Source: Octopus sinensis
Taxonomy: Eukaryota
DNA: 64,000 nt
Assembly: GCF_006345805.1 (NCBI RefSeq)
Contig: NC_043008.1
Coordinates: 20,212,001-20,276,000, forward strand
Direction: 5' to 3'
Shown: one piece after another, positions 1 through 12,419 of the stretch
How positions within the stretch are numbered: the first letter of the stretch is position 1
Layout: each line of letters opens with the position of its first letter
The notes under the pieces: model-generated
Told to the model about the DNA's origin: nothing
Databases searched by the model: none
The model's input: the letters and a program-made list of their open reading frames with translations, nothing else
Made by a program: the position numbers and the translations under genes

Positions 1-271
1 AATATTGATTTGATCACTTGGTTAGGATTCTTCGCAAACTGAGTTCAAATATAGCTAAGGTAGGATTTACAGTTATGCTTGCGGGGTTCATAAAGTAAAA
101 TACCAATCTTACGCTCCCTTGAGTTTAATCAGGTGTATTCCTACTCCAAAATTCTGATCTCAGTTTTCTTAGTTCAATTATTTTTGTATCGGTTAAAACG
201 GGATTTTGTCAGAGAGAACAATCTATGTCTCTTCTCGTATAAAATTCATTGAATGCCTTTTATACTTGTCC

Positions 272-3200
272 TTACTTTGTATCTAGGAATTTACGGATAA
301 TTGTAGCCAAGCCAAGTAAATGTATTTTGTGCACTGTAACCTTTTCTTTACTATGTTTTAGTTTTCCCAAATTTGTTCTCAGATGCTCCGTCAAAATTTC
401 CAAGCCCCTACTGATATTTGTTCCAGAATTTGAAAATTTATACTTCAAACTGAACTTTAAGTGTTCGTTTCGATTCTATTCTTATATCGGTTTACAACAT
501 CAATCTCATGAAACAGGTTTCCTATCAGCAGTTGTAATATCCTGTTGGTTGTTCACTGTTCTCCTGATGGTTCGCGTAGGAATGTTCCATTATAAGCTCA
601 AGTCACGTTTTTCGAGAACTTTCATTCTGTTCGAACAAAAATGTCGAAGCTTTTTTCTGTTCATGGAGACTGAATATTTTGGAAATATTTGAATGAATTA
701 TTTCAGCAATCTGATCATATCTGTAATTTTCAGATTGTCATCTTATTATAATTCTGCTTGCCATTGCTTTACTTATCCCGTCCGTAATGCTTTCACGTGA
801 TGAGAGAAAAAGAGGGCGAAAGAAAAGGGGAGAGAAAAAGAGGGAGGAGAAAAAGAGGAAGAGAGAAGCGTCCATTATACGAGGTAGAGGGAATGTAATT
901 GTAATGCTTTCACGTGATTAGTTGAAGCGAAAGAGAAGAGAAAAAAAAAGGAGAGAGGGAAAGAAGATAAGATGAAGAAAAATAGGGAGAGAGAAGAGTC
1001 TATGACGTGAAGTAGGGGTAAGGTAATATTTATTACGTTGTTAAAGAAGTTAGTTGAAGTTGGACGAGGAGAGTTAAAAATATAATTTTAGCAGAGAGCT
1101 GATGTTCTGATGGTGAGTTGAACGGCAGAGGGGGAGAGAACGGGGAGAGAGTGGAGGGAAAGAAAGGAAGTGAGATGATGATGATGATGGTGCTGGTGCT
1201 GGTGCTGCTGATTGGATAATTAAAAGTGTATCTTTTAAAATTGAACTCTGTTTTTATATGACTTATCTCTTAACGCATGCGCTTAAGTGCAATTCCGTGA
1301 AATTTTCACGCTTATTTATATGGCAGATATGTGCAATTTAACTAAAGATTGTATCATATGTACGAGATATTTTTATTTTTGTTTATGTTAAAAATGGAAA
1401 CATAAGAGTGAATATTCATTTTGTAATTGTTGTGTATTAAGTCTATAAAATCATGCATAAAGTATATAAAGTGCACACATAAATTTCAGTAAGTAATCCT
1501 CGTATTCCAATTTCTTTCACTTTCCAATGAGCAGCAGATTAACAAGTGACTATCTTCCCATATTGGCACAACCCAGGCTGCGCTTTCAGGATTTTTGGAT
1601 AACGTTTTCAGAAATAACCCAATATGTTTACTGTTAATTGCGTGAAGTATTCACGTGTCCCGCTAGTTTTAACCATTGAGAGTCAATGGAATTTTCCCTT
1701 ACATCAGACCGACTTCTGCATTGGGAGGGACACTGCTGCATACCTAACATCCTCATTAACCAGACGTGTATTTCCTCTTATCATTTTCGGCTTTTTGAAA
1801 CAAGCTCCTGTATGGAAATATTTCCTTCAGAGTGCAACTTCTTTTTCTCCCATATATAGTTATTCTTTGATCTTTATAGGTACCAGAAACTGTAAATAAC
1901 ATTTCACTCATTGTCTCTTTAAGAAGAGCATTTTTTCTTTCTTCTAGATACAATCCTAGACTTGTTTTCAGTTGATGGGGTTTTCAACACCCATCGTTCT
2001 CCACCCCTTCCACCTGCTGTTTTCGAATATAAGCAATCCACATTTTCTGTTTGATGATGTTGAGGTGCGTGCCTCTGTGCTTTGTGAACCGCTTCCACGT
2101 CTATCCATATCTTTCTGCTTATATCCTGCATTCAAACCTGAAATTCAATAATTCCTGCTGCACACCCTAATACTGATACTGCCCTGGAAGTTTTGTTTTT
2201 ATGGTGTTTCCTACGTGCAATTTTTATTTTAAAATCTCCATACTACGAAAATATTTTGCACTGAAAAACTTTCTTCATTTCAATACATTTGGTTTTATCA
2301 CTTCCCAGTATGCCAAAATACTTATATGGTTCTAGTACATTTAAGAATTTTATATTTTCACCATGAAATACATCAATTCCAGGATATTTTATTACGTCTC
2401 CATGCTTCAGATCCATGATAGCTCAATTCTTGATTCTTAATGTCATCTCAATATCACTATTATTATTTTTCTTTTTTTATTGCCTCTAAAGAATCCAGTT
2501 AATTCTTACCTATACCATAAAGCTTCGTATCATCCATAAACAGATGATTTACTTTTCCCCTATTCCTTAATGGTTAATATGCTTACTCAGCCCCTTTTTT
2601 TCTTCTCAAATTACTTCCCTAAAATACTTTGCTTTCTTCTGCAATCGAACTTATCATCTCTCTCATTTCCCGCAGGAATATAAAATAAACGTTTCTGGTT
2701 TGATTGAAAAAGCTACCTTACTTATATATCTTGTTTATTTCTTCGTACTTTTCTAACTTAAGCGAGACTGGCATTTACTCCCTGTTTCAGCTCTTCAATC
2801 ATTTTCCCAATTCCTGTATTTCTTAGGTGATACATTTCCTCTAATCCGCCGTTGTCTTTTTTCATTCACGTTTCCGACTTCCGCTTATCCAGCTCATTTA
2901 TATATTTCTTAAGGCCACTAGCCTTCATAATCAACCGCCTTTTCCCCGAAGATACCTATTTATCTTTGATTTGCTTTTCCTCCATCGCCCCCTTAATACA
3001 TCAGCAACTATTAACACCAACAATATCAATGTGTTGTTATTTGTAATGCATTCGTAGATTATCTCATCAATCACTGTTTACTTTTCAGGTTCTTTCTTTG
3101 ACATTAGAGAAAAGATGCACTCCTCTTAAATGAAATGACTAGTGCCTTCAGCTACTGCGTCAGATTTTTAGGAAATTTCCCCGATTATTATCAAAGCTGT

Positions 3201-3530
3201 CCATATCAAATACCCTTTTCCCCTTCGAGCTTCCGCTTACCCTTGCTTCAATTTCGAGAGTTGTTTTATCTTCGCCAATACAAAGGTAGTTGCATCCTCG
3301 TGATTTTCGTCAGAGATATCGCCCTGTAACTTTGATTTGTGAGTTCTGATTACTCTTGGTTAATCAACCCTAATATTTCTTTAATTCCAAAAGTTGTAAT
3401 TTGTTGTTCGCTGATATTAATATTCCAACTCATACCAAATGTTTTGCTTTCTTTTCCAAAATCTTTACTTCTTAAATATCTTTTTATTGTTTTCTCTCGA
3501 ATTTCCATTTTCCACGACCTGACGTACAAG
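272..3530 (-). mobile_element. Decayed R4/Dong-clade non-LTR retrotransposon (RT + RLE endonuclease), many stops and frameshifts, interrupted at about 771-1500
   Basis: Minus-strand translations in the expected order: GIFGE (~2945-2957, GIFQGD-like), GKVNHLFMDDTKLYG (FMDD at 2529-2540), EPYKYFGILG (~2305-2330), ENVDCLYSKTAGGRG (~2000-2050), RYDQIAEIIHSNI (~685-725, RHD motif), KVLEKRDLSL*WNIPTRT..NNQQDI (RLE), HKIHLLGLATIIRKFLDTK* with stop at 272-274. The 5' boundary is approximate. Confidence 0.8.
771..1327 (-). mobile_element. Probable non-autonomous Helitron-like insertion with an internal ~117-bp tandem repeat, nested in the R4/Dong element
   Basis: Minus strand begins A|TCTGCCATATAAATAAG at 1327 (Helitron-type 5' TC..ATATAAA). 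GTAATGCTTTCACGTGAT recurs at 784 and 901 with AG-rich spacers. A 3' CTAG is not clearly preserved. Confidence 0.4.
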
Positions 3531-3699
3531 GTTGTGCCGCAGAACGCTTACTTAGCGAGAAGCATTTAGCATTGTTAGCGAGAAGCATTTAACCAAGCCT
3601 CTAGTACAATTCACGTCGTTCTTTAACTTTAAATATAACATAATAGACCTATATAAAGATACTGACTTTAAGGTTCAAATACAACTGATGCTTTTGTGG

Positions 3700-4450
3700 A
3701 AATCTCTTTCAAATTTGGCGATCATGCCTTAAAGAGGCACTCCCACCTAAGAGGCAAATCTAACTCTCCTTGACTGTAGGATATACTACTGAATATTTTT
3801 TGAGAAGCTGATCATCGTTTTCATTAAGACGTCTCTAGACTGTTTGTTGCCATGGCCTTAAATAAGCTTCTGTGGAGGCACATGGCCTGGTGGTTAGAGC
3901 AAGTGGACTCGCGGTCGAGGGATCGCGGGTTCGAATCTCAGAGCGGGCGATGTGTGTGTTTATGAGCGAAACACCTAAGCTCCACGCGGCTCCGGCAGAA
4001 GGTAATGGCGAACTTCTGCTGAATCTTTCGCCACAATTTACTCTCACTCTTTCCTCCTGCATCTTGCAGCTCACCTGCGACGGACCGGCGTCCCGTCCAG
4101 GCGGGGAACCTATACGCCAAGGAAACTGGGAAAACCGGCCCTTATCAGCCAGGCATGGCTCGAGAAGGAAATAAGCTTCTCTTATAGTCCATCAGATTTT
4201 GATGGACTTGAACAATAGATTTGGATGATTCAGACAGTTAATTTCATCAACTTTTTGATATGCTTTCTTTTCGCTATTCAAGTTGTCTAAACTGAGTCGG
4301 AAGTGATGTTACCATATATGACGGGTAGCCTATCAATGTTCATGTCATACAAGGTTACCTGGTTACAAAAATCGGGTCTGTATTCCATTTTTCCTTCCTC
4401 GGTTATCTTGTTAAGCTCTGTCTCCAGCTCAAATAAGAACGTTGTCATGT
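3700..4450 (-). mobile_element. Possible very old RTE-like LINE fragment, split by the SINE at 3872
   Basis: Degenerate minus-strand peptides LYDMNIDRLPVIYG, NDDQLLKK/KIF...LPLRWE resemble the RTE post-RT motifs (DRLPKKI...GRP.LRW). Confidence 0.3.
3872..4168 (+). mobile_element. tRNA-derived SINE, head/body A + tail 1
   Basis: A box TGGCCTGGTGG and B box GGTTCGAATCT. Perfect 12-bp TSD AAATAAGCTTCT at 3860-3871 and 4169-4180. Body shared with the copies at 25718 and 53454. Confidence 0.9.
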
Positions 4451-5589
4451 GTGGTAATAGAAATCGTTGGGGGCTTATATCATGACCAGATCGATGAACT
4501 CGTGTTTACTTAAAGTGGCTTTATCTGATTAAAGAAAAGCTCTTGCGAAAGTTGATAAAAAGCTCATTGCGCATGTAAGAATTAAGAATAAAAGCAGAAA
4601 GCTATGGATAATTTATTTACTGGTGGTGAAGTCTGATAGTGAGATAGAAACAAACAAACAAAAAATCAGAGAAAAGATAAACAAAACCTGCCTCACAAAG
4701 GAGAGTAATTGCTCATGGCTAGGCAATAAAACAGCGTTCTCTTCCTTATTATATAAACAGGTTCTCTAAAGTTAAATAATGGATTCTGAGAAAACAAAAG
4801 CAGGAAAAAAGAGAAAGGTTAAAAAGGCAACAAATATACCGAATTTATATATACATCTGTAATTGTTTGTTTATAATTAAGAGAGAAGCATAGTTAGCGA
4901 GAAAGAGAAATAGACAGATAGAAAACAGAGAGTTAGAAAATGAAAAAGGAGAAGAGTGATAGAGGCAGGTGAGATGGAGAGTGACAAAGCTTAGTAATGG
5001 TTAATGGTTGGACAGGAGCGATGGAATTGTGTCTTGTTAATAGGCTTTTAAATTATCTCAGGAGGCATCATTTGATAAAAGAAATCTCGTTTAATTAACC
5101 AGAAAGCCATCGTTCTTGACTAGCCCTCGATCGCTACAACAAATAGACCCCTAATATCTCTCGTCCCTTCCCTCTCTCTTTCTCTCGCTCTTTCGCTGTT
5201 TCACACTTTCCAAGGGGCCTCTATAAAGAAGCCTAGAAAGGAGAGATGACATTGTTGCCTCGACATCGCTGTTATTGCTGTGATTGGGCTCGTTGTGGTG
5301 CATGTGACAACCTGTTGTCCTCCTGGCTCACGCGCATTTGGGGTTGCTCGTGTTTATGTTGTCATTCTCGCGGCTTTTGATATTGATATTACGATAGTTT
5401 TGTTGTCATTAATCATTTGATATGATAATTGTTTTATTTTCGTTCTTATTTGTTTATTTATTTATTTATTTATCTATTTATTTATTTACTGCGTTTCTTA
5501 AGATGGAAAATTTGTAGCAGAAGGTTTTTCAAGAGTAGATTATTGGATTATTGGCGATACACGAGAATATCATGATTGAAATGTATCCG

Positions 5590-6770
5590 ATGATAATAAT
5601 GATGATGATGCTGATGATGATGATGATGAGGAGGAGGAGGAATATGAAGATGATGGGGGAAGATGCTATTGATGGTAGTTCTACACAAATACCACGACCA
5701 ACATGCTTATGAGGAGGACGAGAAGGAAGAAGAGGAAGAGAGGCGAATGATAATAACGGTAATCTTTATTAAGATGATGACGATGATGATTATGGTGATG
5801 GTGGAAGAGGATGGTGTTTGAAGCAATAGTTATCAGTAGTGGATCACGACGAGCGAAGACAATGACAATGGCGACGACGATGACGGTCGCCATCACCTTC
5901 AGAATGAAGCTACTAATTATGGCCTTGATTATCACCATAATGATCATCATGGCAACAATGGCGACACGGGAGGGAGTGCGAAGAAGAAGGAGGTGATGAG
6001 GATGATAGGATTTTCAAGCGATTGTTTCGCTTGTGCTGTTATTGTTGATACTCTTGTTGTTCTTGGTAGTGATGGGGGGGTGATGGTGGTGTTGGTGTTG
6101 GTGGTGGTGTTGGTGGTGGTGTGGTGTGGTGTGGTGGTGGTGGTGGTGGTGGTGGTGGTGGTGTTGGTTGTGGTGGTGGTGGTGGTGGTGGTGGTGGTGG
6201 TGTTGGTGGTTGTGGTGCTGGTGGTGTTGGTGGTTGTGGTGCTGGTGGTGTTGGTGGTTGTGGTGGTGGTGGTGGTTGTGGTGGTGGTGGCGGTGATGGT
6301 GGTGGTGGTGTTTGTGGTGGTGTTGGTGGTGGTGGTGGTTGTGGTGGTGGTGGTGGTTGTGGTGGTTGTGGTGGTGATCTTAGTGGTGGTGGTGGTGGTT
6401 GTAGTTGTATTAGTGGTGATGGTAGTGGTAGTGGTGAATGTGCTGGTGTTGATGGTTGTGTTAGTGATGATGGTGGTGCCAGGGTGGTTGTGGTGGTAGT
6501 GGTAGTTGTGGTGGTGGTGGTGTTGGTGGCTGTAGTTGTGGTTGTATTAGTGGTGGTGGTGGCTGTAGTTGTGGTTGCATTAGTGGTGGGGGCGGTGGTT
6601 CTGTTAGTCGTGGTGTTAGTTGTGGTAGTGGTGATGATAATGGTGGTGGTGGTGGTGGCGGTGTTGATATTAGTGGTGGTGGTGGTGATGGTGTTAGTAG
6701 CAGTGGTTGTGTTCGTGGTGTTAATGGCGGAAGTGGTGGTGGTTCTGCTGCTGATATTCATTTAAGTGTT
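5590..6770. repeat. Low-complexity (GAT)n/(GGT)n trinucleotide tract
   Basis: Degenerate GGT/GAT/GTT triplets; these explain the poly-V/G/T/P ORFs. Confidence 0.95.
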
Positions 6771-7194
6771 ACACATTGTCATTCTACGATATTTCCGTTA
6801 TTGTTCTTGTTATTGCTGTTGTTGATGATATTATTGTAATTAAAGTCACTTCTGGTTGTACCGCGTCAATGGCTGCTGGTAATGCTGATGTTAATATTGC
6901 TGAGGTTTGTTAAACAGTTTACGCTAGAAAAGTGGGAAACACTGAGGAATTTTCTCATTAAACGATGCGAAAGTCATTCTCTGACGTCAGCAAATTCTTT
7001 GACATTTAAGTTATGGTTATGCACGCATGTATTTTCCTTTATGCACAACAATATATTCATAGGAATGCATATTGCATACATGCATACATGCAAATATACA
7101 TACATACGTACATGCAAATATACATACATACATGCATACATACAAACATAGATACAGACGCACAGACACACAGACACACATCAACACACACATA

Positions 7195-7368
7195 TAGATA
7201 GATAAATAGATAGATAGATTCATATATATATAGAGAGAGAGAGAGCCAGACAGACAGACGAGAGAGAGAGAGTGAAAGAGAGAGAAATAGACAGGCAGAC
7301 ACACAGATACACAGATAGATAGGTAAACAGAGAGGTATATAGATAGACAGATAGACAGGTAGACAGAC

Positions 7369-7439
<71 letters not shown>

Positions 7440-7523
7440 CAAAAAGATAGATAGATAGATAGATAGACAAAAAGATAGATAGATAGATAGATAGATAGAT
7501 GATAGATAGATAGATAGATAGAC

Positions 7524-7611
<88 letters not shown>
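7195..7611. repeat. (GATA)n/(GACA)n microsatellite
   Basis: Long, nearly pure GATA array. Confidence 0.97.
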
Positions 7612-7613
<2 letters not shown>

Positions 7614-8088
7614 CTATCGAAATTGTGACTACAAATCTCCCCACCGTCATGGCGTCATCCTGGTCATAACTAACATTGTGTGGTGCGGAATATATAACGA
7701 TTTTATTCTTTCATTCAAATAAAAATCATCTATTATTTCTGTCCATCACAACCTACAGTGAAAAGACATTACAAGTCCTTGTATCTCTCAAACATATTGC
7801 AACAAGTCTCAAATTGGTATTCCTTCCATCCCTTCATCGATCAAGCACACACATCTTTATTTCGGCCAAGCGGTCAAAATTTCTGCTTGTCTAGTAGTTG
7901 TCGTTATTGGTATCTGATGCTGAAGAGAAATATGGAGTTCGAAAAGCGAAATGACTAATCAAACCCAGGGCGAAATGTTTATTATTTTTAAGGAGAGCAG
8001 CGAAAAGATTTTGGTGTTTCAAATAATTCAAAAATATACTTGAAATAATCTTAAGTTTTGTCACGCATTGAGCGGTTACTTACAAGCG

Positions 8089-8123
<35 letters not shown>

Positions 8124-8126
<3 letters not shown>

Positions 8127-8238
8127 CACCGTGACCGACCAGGCTATCAGATGTTGCTACACATCGCTGGTAACAACGCGCTTCGCATTGTTTTAGCCTT
8201 CAAACGACGTCACCCCGCTGGCTAAGCGAGCAGGCCAA
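8124..8238 (-). mobile_element. Short GC-richer retroelement 3'-end fragment inserted in (TA)n
   Basis: 115-bp non-repetitive island flanked by (TA)n on both sides; family not identified. Confidence 0.4.
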
Positions 8239-8277
8239 TATATATATATATATATATATATAATATAATATATATAT

Positions 8278-8332
<55 letters not shown>

Positions 8333-8816
8333 ATATATATATATATATTCTTCTCTTTTTATTTTTTCTTATTTCCTTTTTATTTTCCCTCTTTTTTATT
8401 TTTTATTTTTTCTTATTTCCTTTTTATTTTCCCTCTTTTTTATTTTTTATTTTTCTTCTTATTTTCTTCTCTTTCTTTTCTCTTTTTTTCTCTATTTTTC
8501 TTTTTTCTCTTACTTTATTCCTCTCTTCCTGTTTTCGACTTGACCTTACTAACACATTCCCTACTGTTAGGTCACTTTAAATATAACCCATAACTCAATA
8601 ACACTGTGTATAAACTCTATATTTGGAATGACCAATTTTAAATACTATTGAATTTTACTCATAAGGTATTGGAATTGCATATGTATACGATTCTGCCTCA
8701 ATAATGGATCTACAACCACAATATCCATGCATATCTCACATCTATTTCCATTCCTCCATCTCACTCTCTATTTCCTATCTTATCTAAATAAACTATTGCT
8801 TAACCCTCTGCTCACA

Positions 8817-8868
8817 CAGTCTCCGAAGAATGGATATAATAATTATCCTAGAAACAGCTGTAAGACAT
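8817..8868 (+). ncRNA. Degenerate PLE-type hammerhead ribozyme motif in a Penelope-like terminal remnant (~8480-8950)
   Basis: GTCT-CCGAAGA-atGGAtataataattaTCCta-GAAA-CAGCTG-TA-AGAC. Helix I gtct/agac, palindromic helix III ACAGCTGT, core U4>C. Confidence 0.6.
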
Positions 8869-9203
8869 TCTATTTTGTAAATATTCTAAAATCTACACAG
8901 CCTTGTTATTTTTATCTAATTACGGGAAAAAAATTATATACACATGCTGATATATGACCTACGTTGGACTCCTCATTCGCATAATCACCTAACCTGGAAA
9001 TTGGTGCTGGCCAGATTGGATCAATCTCAAGATTAATGAGCCGAAATTGCGAGGATGATCTGGTTCTCGACTAAGGATAGCAAGGTTCGAAAGACCCGCC
9101 CTTGTCTTTTTGTATCGTCTATCTGGATGATTTGTTGTCCCATTTTGTATCACCTAGTCGTTCGGATGTTTTGCGTTCTTGTACCGTTTTGTATTCCTTA
9201 TAT

Positions 9204-9239
<36 letters not shown>

Positions 9240-10053
9240 CGAATGTGAGTATATGCGTGCTTAAGTGTGTGTTTGTGCGTGTCTATGTGCGTGTCTTTGG
9301 TGAATCGTTGAGAAGTAAGAGAAACATATCAAAAGAAAGGACACGTTACATCAGAAAAACCATTTTCCAATAGAACAGCTCAGCATTACGTATCGGTTGC
9401 AAAAACAAATAGACAGACATCCGCTTGCATGCAAACAGATACAGATATATACATTTAGGCATACATAATTATATACTAGCATATATGCATACATACACGT
9501 GTGTGCATGCATGTGTGTGTGTGCATCTCTTTGTGTGTATGTATCTGAGTGAACGTACACACAGACACAAGCATGTATGCTTCAAGTAATAGCTGTATGT
9601 GCTGAACATCTCACGCCCATTTAGCTTCTGGTTATACACTCAAAATATTTATACGCGAATGGATTGCTATCTGTCACGTCATAATCTGGCTTTCACGCAT
9701 GACCCTTACGCACAAGCTCACATATTAGATACTGGTTAGTAAATTAACTTCGAACACATACCGCCATAAATATATGTACATGAACGTAAATATAGCCTAC
9801 ACAGTTAGGCTTCCTTAGATACATGCAATCAGATAAACAAACACACACTCACCCGCACACACAATATCTATACAGCTATCGATCGCTCTATCACTCTTTT
9901 ATTCTCTTAATCCTTCTCAATCACACTGATTTGTTTTTTTATGCAGTTACATGTAAGAAACAAATAATTATATAGAGCGTATATACTTACAAATACACAC
10001 ACGCACACACACACACACACACATACACACATATTATATATATATATATTATA

Positions 10054-10120
<67 letters not shown>

Positions 10121-10401
10121 GTGTACGTTTAAAAAATAAGAGGTATCCTTCATTGGATTCCTTTCACGCTAGAAGGAACAGCTAAAGTCCAAACCATTAT
10201 TAAAGGGTAAAAACTCAAAGGGAATGAAAAATAAAAACACTTGCCATGTCTCTCCTGGACCATGGTTTCTGACTTTCTTTTAGCAAATCAAATAATAATT
10301 TACAAGGCGAAGTCTTCATCAACAGGTACGCGTAGATTAAACATAAGTACGAGGCAAATCCAGTATGTCCCTCTTGCTTATACATTATAATTTCTCCAAT
10401 C

Positions 10402-10622
10402 CACCGCGCATGCGCTGTTTTTTGTTGACGGCAAAAGAATACAGGCATTAATAGTATATAGTCTACCGACTAATTTTCTATACACTAGGCCACAGGTAGT
10501 AAACATTTCTAAAATCTTTATTACCCTGGTATTATTAATTATTGATAATTGTTTTCTGGAAAATTGTTAAAAGAAATGCCGGTATTTTTGTTGCTGCCGA
10601 CAAAAACTGCGGTTGCGCGGTG
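10402..10622. mobile_element. Old MITE-like element with ~48-bp imperfect TIRs (CAC...GTG termini)
   Basis: CACCGCGCAtgcGCtGTTTTTTGTtGaCgGCAAaAgAATACaGGCATT (10402-10449) matches the reverse complement of 10575-10622. No clear TSD. Confidence 0.55.
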
Positions 10623-10626
10623 TATG

Positions 10627-10663
<37 letters not shown>

Positions 10664-10723
10664 CTGTATCTGTATGTGTGTATGAGTGTGCATGTGTGCG
10701 TGTGCGGCGTGTGTGTGTGTATA

Positions 10724-10846
10724 CGAGGGGTACATGAAAAGACTTGAGCCTCAAAAAAGCAAAAATTGTTACAATACTTCTGATGAAGGTACAAGGCTTC
10801 AAGACTCAAAGGCTCTGAAGGTTCAAAACCTTTCATACACCCCTAG
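10724..10846. mobile_element. Tc1/mariner-type MITE
   Basis: TA|CGAGGGGTACATGAAAAG ... CTTTCATACACCCCTAG|TA; imperfect TIRs with TA TSD. Confidence 0.7.
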
Positions 10847-10909
10847 TATATATATGTATATATAAATGCATGTATGTACTGCTATATATATATATAAAAT
10901 GTATGCGTG

Positions 10910-10960
<51 letters not shown>

Positions 10961-10984
10961 CCATGACCCTAAATGAAGACTTGA

Positions 10985-11191
10985 AAGGAACCCCACTTGA
11001 AAGGAGCAAGTTTTGAAGACATCGGAAAAATCCAAGAGAATGCTACAAGGCAGCTCATCAATGGGAACGACGCTGTATAAAGTGTGTTTCTTTAAAGGGG
11101 GACTACTTCGAAGGAGATTAAATGCCGAAGTGCTATGTGTTGTAGTTTTCTTTCTATAGCACCAGTCACGATAGATTTTGATCAGATCTCG
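10985..11191 (+). mobile_element. mariner transposase C-terminal remnant with right TIR
   Basis: HLKGASFEDIGKIQENATRQL..QWERRCIKCVSLKGDYFEGD*, ending ..GATCAGATCTCG|TA. Confidence 0.75.
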
Positions 11192-11540
11192 TATATATAA
11201 TGTATATAAGAGACGGAGAGAGAGAGAGAGAGAGAAAGAGAAAGAGAGTTAGAGAGAGAAAGAAAGACAGAGAAAGAGAGAGAAGGAGAGAAATTGTGTG
11301 TGTGTATGTGTGCGTGTGTGTATGTGTGTGTGTGCGTGTGTGTGTGTGTGTTTCATATATTTATATATATTTCACCTGTTATTTCAACTGATATTTACAA
11401 TTTTTTTCAAATGTCTGATGTCTGTCTCGACGTTACCTTATTCTACATTAATCTTATTGTAAATCATTTAACTATACATACATACACACACAGATACACA
11501 CAATACCACACATACACACACACATACACACACACACATA

Positions 11541-11572
<32 letters not shown>

Positions 11573-11584
11573 GATACTATATAA

Positions 11585-11860
11585 AAGATCAAAAGATTCA
11601 AGTTAATTTAAAACTTTACTTGCATATGGTACCTAACTTAGATGCACCAAAAAAAACTATACTGATTTACAATACAGTTGGGGTGATTATAAGCGAGAAA
11701 GAAGCACAAGATGGATAGTTTTTAGTACGATCGTTTCTACAAGTACAGGTTTTATTAAAAGTTGCAAATTACAGCATATAAACGAGTCCGTACTCACATC
11801 TAAATACATGTAAGTTCTCTAGACATCCTAGTGTTGAGGCTACTCATGAAACAAGATAAT
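11585..11860 (-). mobile_element. Penelope-like terminal remnant, same family as 16419-16638 and 29886-29980, with a decayed HHR 3' half
   Basis: Shared ATATGGTAC.TAA.T.AGATGCACCA...GGGGTGAT. Minus-strand GAAACGATCGTA at ~11727-11738. Abuts (TA)n. Confidence 0.6.
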
Positions 11861-12419
11861 TAAACAGATTTCTAAATTTCATTAACAGTTCTTTAAAGAT
11901 GACTGCATAGTCTTATCACAGAATTTTAAAAAAGTTTTGGTAGCATCACAGAGAAGGTGACCTAATCATATGAATTTCCATAGATATGATAGGGATTATT
12001 ATACTCACAGAAGACAAATTTATCCATTGTTATTAGCATTACAGAGAGGGTGAATAATCCTATTTTTATATGCCAAAATGCACAGATTCCAATGGTGTAA
12101 TGTAAATTTCCAGAGAAATGGAGAGATTTCATATATAATATATTACTGAAGAGACAAGAATCAGAGGCGGAGGCGAGATAGAGAATGAGAGGGAGAGAGG
12201 ACAGAAAGAGAAAGCAAAGTTAATTTATTTCGATGTGTACAAAAACAAGGACGGATTTATTATTAATATGTTTGAAGCTTTAACCGGTTTCATAGTTTAC
12301 ACTGATTTTCAAAAGGTCCAAATAGAAAGACGTGGCTTATATCCCAGTTGACTTGCTTCTGACTAGTGTTTGAATTTTATCCTGTTTTTATAGGGAGTTC
12401 ATGTCTCAAATTAGAATAT

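Noticed and set aside
249-692. 147-aa plus-strand ORF
   Set aside because: Antisense shadow of the R4/Dong endonuclease region; no recognisable protein.
5681-6765. Long ORFs rich in Val, Gly, Thr or Pro (up to 240 aa) resembling mucin, extensin or Gly-rich proteins
   Set aside because: Open in several frames on both strands only because (GGT)n lacks stop codons; no splice or domain evidence.
10779-10830. CTGATGAAGG as a hammerhead
   Set aside because: Lies inside a mariner MITE, with no GAAA-palindrome-UH arrangement.
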